Shown here piece after piece: positions 8,901-16,947 of a DNA stretch of 64,000 bases. Where the stretch lies: positions 3,640,616 to 3,704,615 of the forward strand of contig OZ245843.1 of assembly GCA_965228875.1 (NCBI GenBank), written 5' to 3'. The stretch comes from Thalassobaculaceae bacterium. GTDB taxonomy: Bacteria > Pseudomonadota > Alphaproteobacteria > Thalassobaculales > Thalassobaculaceae. The position numbers and the translations under genes are program-made. Below the pieces are notes generated by a model that saw only the letters and a program-made list of their open reading frames with translations, made no database searches and was not told the origin of the DNA. Numbering within the stretch: the stretch's first letter is position 1; every line of letters starts with the position of its first letter.

Positions 8901-10815
8901 CGGCAAGGTCGCAGTCGGTGTCGGCGCGCAATCGCATCTCGAAATCGTGCAGCCAGACGTCATGGGCCATCGTCCCGCCGGAAATCTCGAACGGAACCTC
9001 CGCCATGACCCGCACGCCCATGTTCTCCAGCATCGGCATGACGTCGCTGAGCGGCACCGGCTCGCCGCCGTGGAACAGCTTCAGGTGGAGAACGTCGTCG
9101 TCGACGCCGATCGGCCGGAACAGGTTCATTCCGAGACGGCCGTCCCCCGCCCCCTGGCCACGGGCGATCTCCTCCATGCGCGCCATGTCGAAGATCGCGG
9201 CGTGGGCGGTGTAGGCCTCCTTGTAGCTGGTCGGGAAGGCCGGCCCGTAGCGTTGCAGCAGCATCTGCGCCGCCTCCTCGCCCTTGTCCTCGACCAGGGC
9301 GTCGTGCAGCTTGTCCGCCCAGCTCCGCCCGGCATCGATCAGCCGCTGCTCCAGGTCGTCGTTGTCGACCTCGGGGATCGCGCCGCGGGTGGTGGCGACG
9401 ATGAAGTGAAGCCGCGCCAGCACACTGTCCGACATCTGCGTGTAGAACGCCGTCACCTCGCCGTTCAGGGCGGTCGACAGGATCGTCTGGAAGCGCTGGC
9501 GGAGCTGGGTGTTGAAGTGGTCGCGCGGCACGAACACCAAGGCACTCACGAACCGCTCGAAGGCGTCTCGGCGCAGGAACAGCGCCGTCTTCTGACGCTC
9601 CTGAAGGTGCAGGATGCCGATCGAGATCTCGTAGAGCTCGTCCTCGCTGGCCTGGAACAGCTCGTCGCGCGGATAGGTCTCGAGGATATTGACCAGGGCC
9701 TTGCCGTCGTGGCTGGCCGGCCGGAACCCGGCGCGCTCGACGATCTTCTCCACCCGGCGCCGCAGCAGCGGGATCTCCTTGGGGCTCTGGTTGTAGGCGA
9801 CCGAGGTGAACAGACCGATGAAACGGTGCTCACCGGTGACCTTGCCGGACTTGTCGATCTTCTTGACGCTGATCGAGTCCAGCGGCACCGGGCGATGCAC
9901 GTTGGAGACCTTGTTCGCCTTCATGACCAGGAGCGGCGTCGGGTCGAGAAGGAACCCCTGGACCCGCTCCGGCAGGGTGCCGATCTCGCGCAGGCCGTCG
10001 AACACGCTGACATCGGGCGAGCGCAGGATGCCGAGCCCGCGGCCGTCGACCACCTCCATGCGCATCTTCTTGCCGCTGCCCGCGTAGTCGTACTGCCGGT
10101 AGCCGAGGAAAGTGAAGTGATTGTCCTCGATCCACCGCAGGAAGGCGCAGATCTCGGCCAGATCCGCCTTGCTCTGCCCTTTCGGCGGCGCGCTCTCGAG
10201 GGCGGCGATCACGTCGACCATGGACTGGCGCATCGCCCGCCAGTCCTCGACAGAGGCCCGGACGTCCTTGAGGACCTCGGCCAGGGTCGCCTCGATCTCC
10301 TCCAGCGCCTCTGACGAGGTCTGCTCCGACACCTGCAGGTGCATGAACGACTCGCCGATCGATCCGGCGGCGGACTCGTCGGCGCCCAGCAGGCCCGTGA
10401 CCGCCCCCTTGGCGTCGCGGGTGACGTGCAGGATCGGGTGGATCACCAGATGGACCGTCAGCCCCCGGCGGTTCAGCGCATGGGTCACCGAGTCGACGAG
10501 GAACGGCATATCGTCGTTGACGATCTCGATGACCGTGTGGGTCGACTGCCAGCCGACCTCCTCGAAACGCGGGTTGTAGGCGCGGATGCGCGCCTGCCCG
10601 GGCATGCGGTCGCGTCCGAAGGTCCACATGGCGATCGCCGCGCCGAACAGGTCCTCGACCTCCTCGTCGACCAGGTCGTGCGGCGCGACGTTCTCGAAGA
10701 ACTGACTGACGAAAATCTCCGCCGTCTCCGCCTTGGTTCCCTGCAATCGCTCGCGAACCAGGGCGCAGACCGCCTCGATCTTCTCGACCTTCAAGGTTTC
10801 GGTGCGACCGCGCAT
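5929..10815 (-). CDS. gdhB: Large NAD-specific glutamate dehydrogenase
   Basis: ~1630 aa; DDMPFLVDS, ARGGIRWSDRREDFRTE, VAADKGTATFSD, GDMSGDVFGNGM; start taken at ATG 10815. Confidence 0.96.
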   Translation of the reverse strand: MRGRTETLKVEKIEAVCALVRERLQGTKAETAEIFVSQFFENVAPHDLVDEEVEDLFGAAIAMWTFGRDRMPGQARIRAYNPRFEEVGWQSTHTVIEIVNDDMPFLVDSVTHALNRRGLTVHLVIHPILHVTRDAKGAVTGLLGADESAAGSIGESFMHLQVSEQTSSEALEEIEATLAEVLKDVRASVEDWRAMRQSMVDVIAALESAPPKGQSKADLAEICAFLRWIEDNHFTFLGYRQYDYAGSGKKMRMEVVDGRGLGILRSPDVSVFDGLREIGTLPERVQGFLLDPTPLLVMKANKVSNVHRPVPLDSISVKKIDKSGKVTGEHRFIGLFTSVAYNQSPKEIPLLRRRVEKIVERAGFRPASHDGKALVNILETYPRDELFQASEDELYEISIGILHLQERQKTALFLRRDAFERFVSALVFVPRDHFNTQLRQRFQTILSTALNGEVTAFYTQMSDSVLARLHFIVATTRGAIPEVDNDDLEQRLIDAGRSWADKLHDALVEDKGEEAAQMLLQRYGPAFPTSYKEAYTAHAAIFDMARMEEIARGQGAGDGRLGMNLFRPIGVDDDVLHLKLFHGGEPVPLSDVMPMLENMGVRVMAEVPFEISGGTMAHDVWLHDFEMRLRADTDCDLAAIKAPFQEAFAAVWDRRMENDGFNGLVLAAGLTWREVTVVRAYAKYLRQAAFTFSQDYMEETLLAYAPIARLLVKLFAARFDPAAGSERDKAVGALEGEILAALDDVANLDQDRILRRFLNLIRSTLRTNFYQAAEDGGEKSYISFKLDSQKLEELPLPRPHVEIWVYSPRVEAVHLRGGKVARGGIRWSDRREDFRTEILGLMKAQQVKNAVIVPVGSKGGFVVKRPPVGGTREEFQAEGIECYKTLMRGMLDITDNIAGTEVIPPRDVVRYDDDDPYLVVAADKGTATFSDIANGVSQDYGFWLDDAFASGGSAGYDHKKMGITARGAWESVKRHFREIGRNTQAEAFSVVGCGDMSGDVFGNGMLLSEHIRLIGAFNHLHIFVDPNPDAAASFAERKRLFELPRSSWSDYDAKLISKGGGVFERSAKSIKLTPEIKKAFGIEEDSVTPNDLISALLRAEVDLLWFGGIGTYIKSNRESHADAGDRANDPVRIDARELRAKVIGEGANLGVTQRGRVEAALRGVRLNTDAIDNSAGVDCSDHEVNIKILLGSIVADGDMTLKQRDRLLEEMTDAVAELVLADNYDQSQALTIAEHQGLGLIDAQSRLMRGLERGHLRLNRRIEFLPDDEALGDRVQDGRGLTRPELAVLLAYAKMALYDDLLASDLPDDEALADDLARYFPERVRGKYAEPIAAHRLRREIIATTVTNSMINRVGATFINTLSEQTGASAAEIARAYTIVRDVFGLRELWDAIEALDNTVPAAVQTRMMLDIQRLVERKTVWFLRNGRRPFDIASHVSEFEPGVTVLKGGLVEVIGGTEREDLERTCAELEEQGVPHDLAHQIASLEALTAACDVVRLSGAAKLDEMTVAKVYFEVGSRFALDWLRDRALELSADTYWQKQAVNALVDDFYLHQGQLAQNVLGHVEPEDDRKKAEADDTEAAIAAWSAGRADDVARTARLLDDIRGADGVDLAMLAVANGQMRTLLSR

Positions 10816-11089
10816 GTCGTTGACCCCCCATGCCATCGCCCCGCGCCGCTGGCCGGCGCGTTCCATGGGCGAAAGCGTAACAGATGGGCGGAACCTGCGG
10901 AAACAATTCAGATTTTAAGAGTTCAAGACGATCCGCCGCGACCGGAGAAACGACGACCGAAGGGCACGGGCCGGACCGGCGGCGGCGGGGGCCGGTCGCA
11001 GCCCGTTCTGGGCGAGGAATTCGTCACTCATTACACCCTATTTTGTCGTGTACTATGCATTTACCACAAAATATAGGAGGCAAAATTGC

Positions 11090-11104
11090 ATAATTTCGCG
11101 TTAA
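11090..11104. promoter_or_regulatory. CtrA-box-like site (ATAA-N7-TTAA)
   Basis: ATAAtttcgcgTTAA, one mismatch to TTAA-N7-TTAA, in AT-rich DNA 60 nt upstream of the acyltransferase-like gene. Confidence 0.35.
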
Positions 11105-11163
11105 AGGCGTTGCATTCTCCGCGCCAGGATCCGGCGACCGCCGCCCCGTCCAGGGTCGATCTG

Positions 11164-11907
11164 ATGACCGACTATCTGGAGGCGACCTTCGCGATGCTGG
11201 CACGGGAAGGCGTGTTGGCACGGATGTCCCTCGGCCTGGAGGACTGGCTGGCGGAGATCAGGGACGCGCCCGGCTCGGTCGGAGTCAACCCGACCTTCGA
11301 CTCCTCGATCCAGAGGATCGATCCGGCCGACAGTTTCGCCATCATCCTGTCCGTCGACGGACGGACCGCCGCGCTCATGGCCTGCCGGCGGTTCCGGACC
11401 GACAGCTATTACGACCTCGTGAGCAGCGGCCGCGTCTGGTACGCGGATCCGGAGTTCAGCCCGCTCCCGCTGCGTCAGTCGGGCGCCGGCCCGAGCGGCA
11501 CCGTCAGCCACACGGGCGGACTCTGGGTCCATCCGGACCACCGCGGCATCGGCCTCTCCTGGATCCTGCCGCGGATGATCGGCGCGACGGCGGTCGCGCT
11601 CTGGGGGATCGACTGGCACACCGGAATGGTGTTCGCGAAGCTGAACCAGACGCAGATCTCGCAGAAGAACTACGGCTCGACCGACAACCGGGTGCTAATC
11701 GAGGGCTACTTTCCGCCCACCGGCCGCATCGAGAGGATTTTCAGCAACGAGACGCCGGTCGCCGACATCGTGGAACGCACCCGCAGGGACCTGGTCCAGA
11801 TTCGGGGTAACCGAAACCAGAAGGTGCGTGACCTTGCCCCGATCGCCAACAAGCGGGCAGATCAGGCGCCGGTACTGCCGCATGCGTCCAGAAAAGAAGC
11901 CGTGTAG
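11164..11907 (+). CDS. Hypothetical GNAT/LuxI-fold acyltransferase-like protein
   Basis: GGLWVHPDHRGIGLSWIL matches GNAT motif A (V.P..RG.G); high-GC3 codons; start at ATG 11164 (ORF open from 11086). Confidence 0.6.
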   Translation: MTDYLEATFAMLAREGVLARMSLGLEDWLAEIRDAPGSVGVNPTFDSSIQRIDPADSFAIILSVDGRTAALMACRRFRTDSYYDLVSSGRVWYADPEFSPLPLRQSGAGPSGTVSHTGGLWVHPDHRGIGLSWILPRMIGATAVALWGIDWHTGMVFAKLNQTQISQKNYGSTDNRVLIEGYFPPTGRIERIFSNETPVADIVERTRRDLVQIRGNRNQKVRDLAPIANKRADQAPVLPHASRKEAV

Positions 11908-12300
11908 GAGCGACAGACTGGAGGTCCTGTCCCGCTTGGCCCGATGATAGTCGGCATAGGCCAGTTCGCTCATCACGCGGGTGCGGCCATCGCGCAGACA
12001 CATGCCTTCGTAGGACGCCCCATCCTCCAGGCCGACGCGCAGGCCGTACGTGACGAAGGAATAGTCGCCCGGATCCTCGGCCGAGACGTTCAGCACATGC
12101 GTCCGGCCGAGCTGTCCGGCGGCGAACACGGCGTCCACGCCGATATCGTCGACATGCGGAAGCGATGCTGTCGCCCGGGCGCCGAGATACCGATGCAGCC
12201 TGATCAGCCCGTTGTCGATGCCGGCGATGAATCCGTCCGGCTGACAGTACCGGACATGCAGCGACTCGCCGGCGATCGACACGGTCCGATCTGCCCCCAC
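11695..12300 (-). CDS. Stand-alone PAS-like (PAS_5-type) protein
   Basis: DYSFVTYG...YEG...ADY...YRRLICPLVGDRGKVTHLLV pattern; GTG at 12300 one nt after the upstream TGA. Confidence 0.6.
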   Translation of the reverse strand: MGADRTVSIAGESLHVRYCQPDGFIAGIDNGLIRLHRYLGARATASLPHVDDIGVDAVFAAGQLGRTHVLNVSAEDPGDYSFVTYGLRVGLEDGASYEGMCLRDGRTRVMSELAYADYHRAKRDRTSSLSLLHGFFSGRMRQYRRLICPLVGDRGKVTHLLVSVTPNLDQVPAGAFHDVGDRRLVAENPLDAAGGRKVALD

Positions 12301-12301
12301 C

Positions 12302-12724
12302 TCACCACTCCGCCACGGTGATCGCCTGGACGGGAAGGCCATGCAGGTCGATCGGCAGGATCGCAGCGTTGACGCGATCCCGGTAGGGGTCCCGGACCAG
12401 ACACTGGAACGCCCGCGGCTGATCCGACACGCCCGCCGCGTGGGCGATGTCCCGAACGGCCGCGAACCGCGCCTCGGCGCCGCACAGGGTACGGCAGAGC
12501 GCGCCCCGATTCAGAAACCGGTCGCCGGCGAAATCGTAGAGGAACGTCGTCCGTCCGACGACCAGGGTGTTGGCGAGAACGTCGCGGAAACCGCTGCGAC
12601 TCTCCTCCAGCCACTCGATCATCATCTCCTGCATGCGGGGCGTCAGATAGGCGAACCGCATCGGCTCGACGACGACCCGTGGCGACGGCATCAGCGCGGC
12701 GATGTTGCTATTGGCGGGAATCAC
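12302..12724 (-). CDS. Hypothetical protein, possibly divergent PAS-like fold
   Basis: GAGGAG SD before GTG; W...FLYDFAG...AAILPI...ITV pattern parallels PAS_5 elements. Confidence 0.55.
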   Translation of the reverse strand: MIPANSNIAALMPSPRVVVEPMRFAYLTPRMQEMMIEWLEESRSGFRDVLANTLVVGRTTFLYDFAGDRFLNRGALCRTLCGAEARFAAVRDIAHAAGVSDQPRAFQCLVRDPYRDRVNAAILPIDLHGLPVQAITVAEW

Positions 12725-12757
12725 ACCAGACTCCTCAACTCGTGGTTAAGTCGTTGA

Positions 12758-13240
12758 TCATCCCCGATTGCGGTTCCCTGTCAATGACGTTCCGGCCGGT
12801 ATGCCGGTCGCGCTCGCCCGTTCCCGCGCCAGCCGCTGAGCGCGCTCGCGGATCGTCCGGGCCAGGCGCGGCGGATCCATGTCCTGGCCGAGAGAGGCCG
12901 CGATCTCGATCACGGTCTCCGCCGCCTGCTCCACCAGGGAGAAGTCGTCCAGGGCGGCGGTGTCGGGCCGGGCGGTGTCGGGCCGGGCGATGTCGGGGTC
13001 GGCGCCGGCGGAACCGGGCACGCCGAAGGCCAGCCAGGCCGGGTCGACATCGGCGACCTCCGCCAGGCGCGCGGCGTGGTGGAGCGAGATCTTGCTCTCG
13101 CCGTCGCGCCAGCGCGCCGGCGTGTCCTTGCTGACCTCAAGCGCGCGACCGACCGCGATGACCCCGCCGGCCTTCTCAATGGCCACCGCGATCCGGTCGC
13201 CGAGTTCCGGACTGAATCCAGGAGCAGTTGCTTTTTTCAT
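12758..13240 (-). CDS. XRE/CI-like HTH repressor
   Basis: GDRIAVAIEKAGG..AVGRALEVSKDTPARWRDG..ARLAEVADVDPAWLAFG; helical C-terminus, no S24 peptidase domain. Confidence 0.8.
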   Translation of the reverse strand: MKKATAPGFSPELGDRIAVAIEKAGGVIAVGRALEVSKDTPARWRDGESKISLHHAARLAEVADVDPAWLAFGVPGSAGADPDIARPDTARPDTAALDDFSLVEQAAETVIEIAASLGQDMDPPRLARTIRERAQRLARERASATGIPAGTSLTGNRNRG

Positions 13241-13274
13241 GCCCACCTTGCAACTTTGGCAGGAAAAGTACGGA

Positions 13275-13300
13275 TTGACGTCCAGATTTTTCTGGATCAA
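13275..13300. promoter_or_regulatory. Palindromic operator overlapping a TTGACG -35 hexamer
   Basis: TTGAcgTCCAGA-tttt-TCTGGA-TCAA between the divergent repressor and the 13388 ORF. Confidence 0.55.
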
Positions 13301-13387
13301 CCTTATCACGAACCCCAGATGGCAGGATAGAGCCGTTCGCCTGCCCTCCCGACCGCCGAGGTCACCGCTGACTGATGGACCCGAACG

Positions 13388-14194
13388 ATGCCCCCCATGG
13401 ATGACCTGCCCGGCGGTGACGCGCCCCGGTCCGGAGACCTGGAGTCGTCCGGGCCTCCGGCGCCGTCCGGGGTGGAGTCGATCGTCGACTTCGCGGAGTC
13501 GCTGGCATCGCTGCGGGGGGCGCCCGAGCCGTCCGGGTACATGCCCCAGCTTGCCGGCACCGCCTTCGCGGGACCGGACCGTATCGCCGCCGCGCCGGCG
13601 GTCGGCGGGAGCCTGCCGATGGGGATGACGGTACCCGCGGTTCAACTCGCCCACGCCCTCCAGCTGCTGCGCGAGCGGCGGGCCGGCCCGCCAAGCCAGG
13701 CTCCGGGCCGAAGGGGCTCCGCGCCCCGGCGGACCGGTGATGGCCCCTGCGACGGCGCGCCATCGGACACCGGGCACTCCGACGCCCGGGACGAGGCGAT
13801 CGAGGCGGCGGCTCGGCTGGTCTCCGATGCGCTCGCCGCGGTGACCGGAGCCGCCGGCCTCAGCGTGCCGATGTGGACGCTGGCGGTCGCTCCCCGGCCC
13901 GAAGTCGCCGATCCGGAGCTTGAATCCGTGTTCGTGGAGTTCGACACCGCGCTTGCCGCCTGGCGGGCGCTGCCCCCGGCGGCCGAGACCTGGCGGCCGC
14001 GGGCCGAGGTCGACCGCTATCTCGCGGCGGAGGAGGCGGTGCTCAACCTCGCCGACGCCCGTCCCGAAGTGCTGCGCCGGCAGGCCCGCCTGCTGCTGGA
14101 CCTGGCCGACGAGTTCGCCGACCAGGCCGGCCTCTCCGCCGCCAACGCGATCGCCAACGTCGCCCAGGGCCTGCTCGACCGCACGGAGCGCTGA
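13388..14194 (+). CDS. Hypothetical helical protein, phage-like
   Basis: 268-aa ORF divergent from the repressor; the C-terminal DPEL...AAWRA...AEEAVL...RRQARLL segment recalls alphaproteobacterial prophage early proteins; start uncertain. Confidence 0.55.
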   Translation: MPPMDDLPGGDAPRSGDLESSGPPAPSGVESIVDFAESLASLRGAPEPSGYMPQLAGTAFAGPDRIAAAPAVGGSLPMGMTVPAVQLAHALQLLRERRAGPPSQAPGRRGSAPRRTGDGPCDGAPSDTGHSDARDEAIEAAARLVSDALAAVTGAAGLSVPMWTLAVAPRPEVADPELESVFVEFDTALAAWRALPPAAETWRPRAEVDRYLAAEEAVLNLADARPEVLRRQARLLLDLADEFADQAGLSAANAIANVAQGLLDRTER

Positions 14195-14273
14195 GGGCGC
14201 ATCGCCGCCACAGCGGCTGACCGCCCGGAGGGCAGCCTCCGCACGCGCCGAAAACAGATTGTTCCGAGAAAAT

Positions 14274-14348
14274 TGGAGCGGGCGATGAGATTCGAACTCA
14301 CGACCCCAACCTTGGCAAGGTTGTGCTCTACCCCTGAGCTACGCCCGC
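14274..14348 (-). tRNA. tRNA-Gly(GCC)
   Basis: Reverse complement GCGGGCGTAGCTCAGGGGTAGAGCACAACCTTGCCAAGGTTGGGGTCGTGAGTTCGAATCTCATCGCCCGCTCCA, 75 nt with CCA. Confidence 0.98.
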
Positions 14349-14493
14349 GCTCCGTCAAGGCCGCGGATAATACCGGTGGATCGCGCGATTGCAAGAGCGT
14401 TTAGCGCCTTTTCGCACGGAATTTTTCTTTCGTCGGATACCCGCGAAAAATCCAGCGTTTTCCACGTCTTACCGAAGCGACCGCGGTCGCCGT

Positions 14494-15108
14494 TCACTCC
14501 TCCGAGGTGATTTTCAGGTGAAAGACCGCCCAGGCGAGGCCGGAGTCGTCCTCCGCCGTCTGCCCCTCGTCGCTGCCGGGCGGGAACACCAGCCAGGTGG
14601 GCCCGCGCCCGCCGATCGACAGCGGCTGGCCGTCCATCGACGTCGCAAGCACGAAATCGCCCGCCCGGACCTCGGCGATCCGGAAGGAGGGGGCGTAACC
14701 GTCGACCGCCTGCACCAGAACCTCGCCGCCCTCGGCGCCGGCGGCGTCGAGAACCGAGGCCAGGCTCGGGCCGCTCACGCGCACCGGGGCGGGCCAGTTC
14801 GGATAGCCGACCTGGAGCGTTCTCTGCGGCAGGGCCGCCAGATCCTCACTGGTCAGCGCGAAGGCGCGCTCGAACGGCTCGTCCAGAGCGGCGAACAGGG
14901 CGTCGGCGAACGGATCGAACGGGCCGCGGTTGGTGCTGGCGATCTGTCCGGTGACGGTGACGACGACCGGTCCGTCGGCACGGGCGGGGCCGGCCCCGGG
15001 AAGCAGGTACAGGACGGCGCATACCGCAGCCGCGGTCAGGATCCGGACGAGCCGGCAGGCGATCCGGGACGTGGCCCGGGAAGTAGTCCGGGAAGTGATC
15101 CGGCGCAT
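14494..15108 (-). CDS. Periplasmic SUOX/molybdopterin-oxidoreductase-like protein (PruR-like pterin binder)
   Basis: Signal peptide ending ARA; VTVTGQI, AVDGY, DGQPLSIGGRGPTWLVFP, terminal WAV; TGGAGG SD; no Cys in the mature part. Confidence 0.65.
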   Translation of the reverse strand: MRRITSRTTSRATSRIACRLVRILTAAAVCAVLYLLPGAGPARADGPVVVTVTGQIASTNRGPFDPFADALFAALDEPFERAFALTSEDLAALPQRTLQVGYPNWPAPVRVSGPSLASVLDAAGAEGGEVLVQAVDGYAPSFRIAEVRAGDFVLATSMDGQPLSIGGRGPTWLVFPPGSDEGQTAEDDSGLAWAVFHLKITSEE

Positions 15109-15229
15109 CGGGAACCTCCACACGGGAACAATCGATCGGCGAATGGCGAGCCATCGTACCATGTTTCGGCGATGCACCGGAGAGCCGGCCGAGGAGACGG
15201 GCCGGAATTCGGCGGCGGGTGCTGTCGGC

Positions 15230-15281
15230 GCGATTGCCGGTGGCGGTTTCCGGCGGCGATTTCCGGGGGCGATTTCCGGGG
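15230..15281. repeat. 13-bp tandem repeat x4 (gcgatttccgggg)
   Basis: Four imperfect units read directly in a divergent intergenic region. Confidence 0.8.
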
Positions 15282-15371
15282 GGTGCTGCCCCCGGCCGGA
15301 AAAATGCGCTAGACAGGAGACCGACACGCCGCTGTCCCGTTTCCACCCCCCTTAAGCCCGGAGCCGGCGCC

Positions 15372-15902
15372 ATGGCCGAGACCGATCCTCCCACGCCCCC
15401 GACCACTCCCGAGACGCTTCTCGCGCGCCTCGACGACCTGGGCGTCTCGTACGACCTGCATACCCACCCGCCGCTGTTCACGGTCGAGGATTCCAAGGCG
15501 CTGCGCGGCGACCTGCCGGGCGGACACTGCAAGAACCTGTTCCTGCGCGACCGCAAGGGCGCGATGTGGCTGATCGTCTGCCTCGAGGACCGGCGGATCG
15601 ATCTGAAGGCCCTGGGTGCGGCACTCGGCGGAGCGCGGCTGTCCTTCGCCAGCGCCGACCGGCTGATGCGGGTTCTGGGCGTGATCCCGGGCGCCGTGTC
15701 GCCCTTCGCACTGATCAACGATACCGACGCCTCGGTCACCGTGATCCTGGACGCCGAGATGATGGAAAGGTCGCCCCTGAACTATCACCCGCTGTCGAAC
15801 GAGATGACCGTCGCGGTGACGCCGGACGGGCTCATCCGATTCGTCGAGGCCTGCGGTCACACCCCGCAGATTGTCGATCTCTCCGTCGCATCGGGCGATT
15901 GA
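15372..15902 (+). CDS. proX: Prolyl-tRNA editing protein (YbaK/ProXp-ala)
   Basis: HPPLFTVE, HCKNLFL, RLSFA, GVIPGAVSPFALIND, YHPLSN. Confidence 0.9.
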   Translation: MAETDPPTPPTTPETLLARLDDLGVSYDLHTHPPLFTVEDSKALRGDLPGGHCKNLFLRDRKGAMWLIVCLEDRRIDLKALGAALGGARLSFASADRLMRVLGVIPGAVSPFALINDTDASVTVILDAEMMERSPLNYHPLSNEMTVAVTPDGLIRFVEACGHTPQIVDLSVASGD

Positions 15903-16001
15903 CCCGCCACGGTGCCGGGTTCAGAAATCCCGGACCGTCACCCTTGTCGCGACTTCCCCGCACTTTAGATAGACACTTCCAGAACAGAGGAACGAAAAGA
16001 G

Positions 16002-16919
16002 ATGGAACCGATCCTGGGCGCGGCGCAGCCGGGCGGACAATCCGGCGAGGCCGTCATCGTCGACGCAACGACGGCGACGTTCATGACCGAGGTGGTCGAC
16101 GCCTCGATGCAGCAGCCTGTCCTGGTCGACTTCTGGGCGCCGTGGTGCGGTCCGTGCAAGCAACTCACCCCGGCCCTGGAGTCCGCCGTGCGGAAAGCCG
16201 GCGGCTCGGTCAAGCTCGTGAAGATCAACATCGACGAGAGCCCGGAGATCGCCCAGCAGCTCCGCATCCAGTCGATCCCGACGGTCTACGCCTTCAGCAA
16301 CGGCCAGCCGGTCGACGGCTTCCAGGGCGCGGTGCCGGAGAGCGAGGTCACCGCGCTGATCGAACGACTCGGCGGCGCCGTGGCACCGTCGCCGCTCGAG
16401 CAGGCTCTCGAGCAGGCGGATCAGCTGCTGCAGGCCGGCGACCACCAGCAGGCCGGCGCCCTGTACCAGCAGATCATCCAGCACGATGAGAAGAACGCCC
16501 CCGCGCTCGCGGGTTTCCTGCGCTGCCTGATCGCCGATGGCCGGCCGGACCATGCCGAGAAGGTGCTGGAAAAGGTCCCCGAGGAGCTGAAGTCGGACAA
16601 GGCGGTGCATGCCGCCATCGCCCAGCTCGAACTCGCCCTGGAAGGCGCCAAGGCGAGCGCCGAGCTCGACGGGCTCAAGGCGAAGATCGAGGCCGACCCC
16701 AAGGATCACCGCGCCCGGATCGACCTGGCCGCCGCGCTGTACGCGACCGGCGACCGCGAAGGTGCGGTGGATCAGCTCCTCGAGAGCATCCGCATCGACC
16801 GCAAATGGGAGGAAGAGGCCGCCCGAAAGGAGCTGCTGAAATATTTCGAGGCGATGGGGCCGACCGATCCGGTCACCGCCGACGCCCGGCGCCGTCTGTC
16901 CTCGATCCTGTTCTCCTGA
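16002..16919 (+). CDS. ybbN: Thioredoxin-TPR chaperedoxin YbbN/CnoX
   Basis: WCGPC domain, TPR region, ARRRLSSILFS terminus. Confidence 0.92.
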   Translation: MEPILGAAQPGGQSGEAVIVDATTATFMTEVVDASMQQPVLVDFWAPWCGPCKQLTPALESAVRKAGGSVKLVKINIDESPEIAQQLRIQSIPTVYAFSNGQPVDGFQGAVPESEVTALIERLGGAVAPSPLEQALEQADQLLQAGDHQQAGALYQQIIQHDEKNAPALAGFLRCLIADGRPDHAEKVLEKVPEELKSDKAVHAAIAQLELALEGAKASAELDGLKAKIEADPKDHRARIDLAAALYATGDREGAVDQLLESIRIDRKWEEEAARKELLKYFEAMGPTDPVTADARRRLSSILFS

Positions 16920-16947
16920 CGGCCGAGGGATGGAAGGCGGCGCAGCG

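Noticed and set aside
6124..10314. 1396-aa ORF antisense to gdh
   Set aside because: Shadow ORF expected from high-GC3 codon bias; no recognisable domains.
12290..12345. Frameshifted single gene joining the two PAS-like ORFs
   Set aside because: The TGA-G-GTG junction with purine-rich upstream sequence fits two coupled genes; no slippery site seen.
11031..14273. Intact prophage or ICE
   Set aside because: No integrase, replication, structural or conjugation genes; at most a remnant.
15230..15281. Short repeats as a CRISPR array
   Set aside because: No spacers, 13-bp units, no cas genes in the window.
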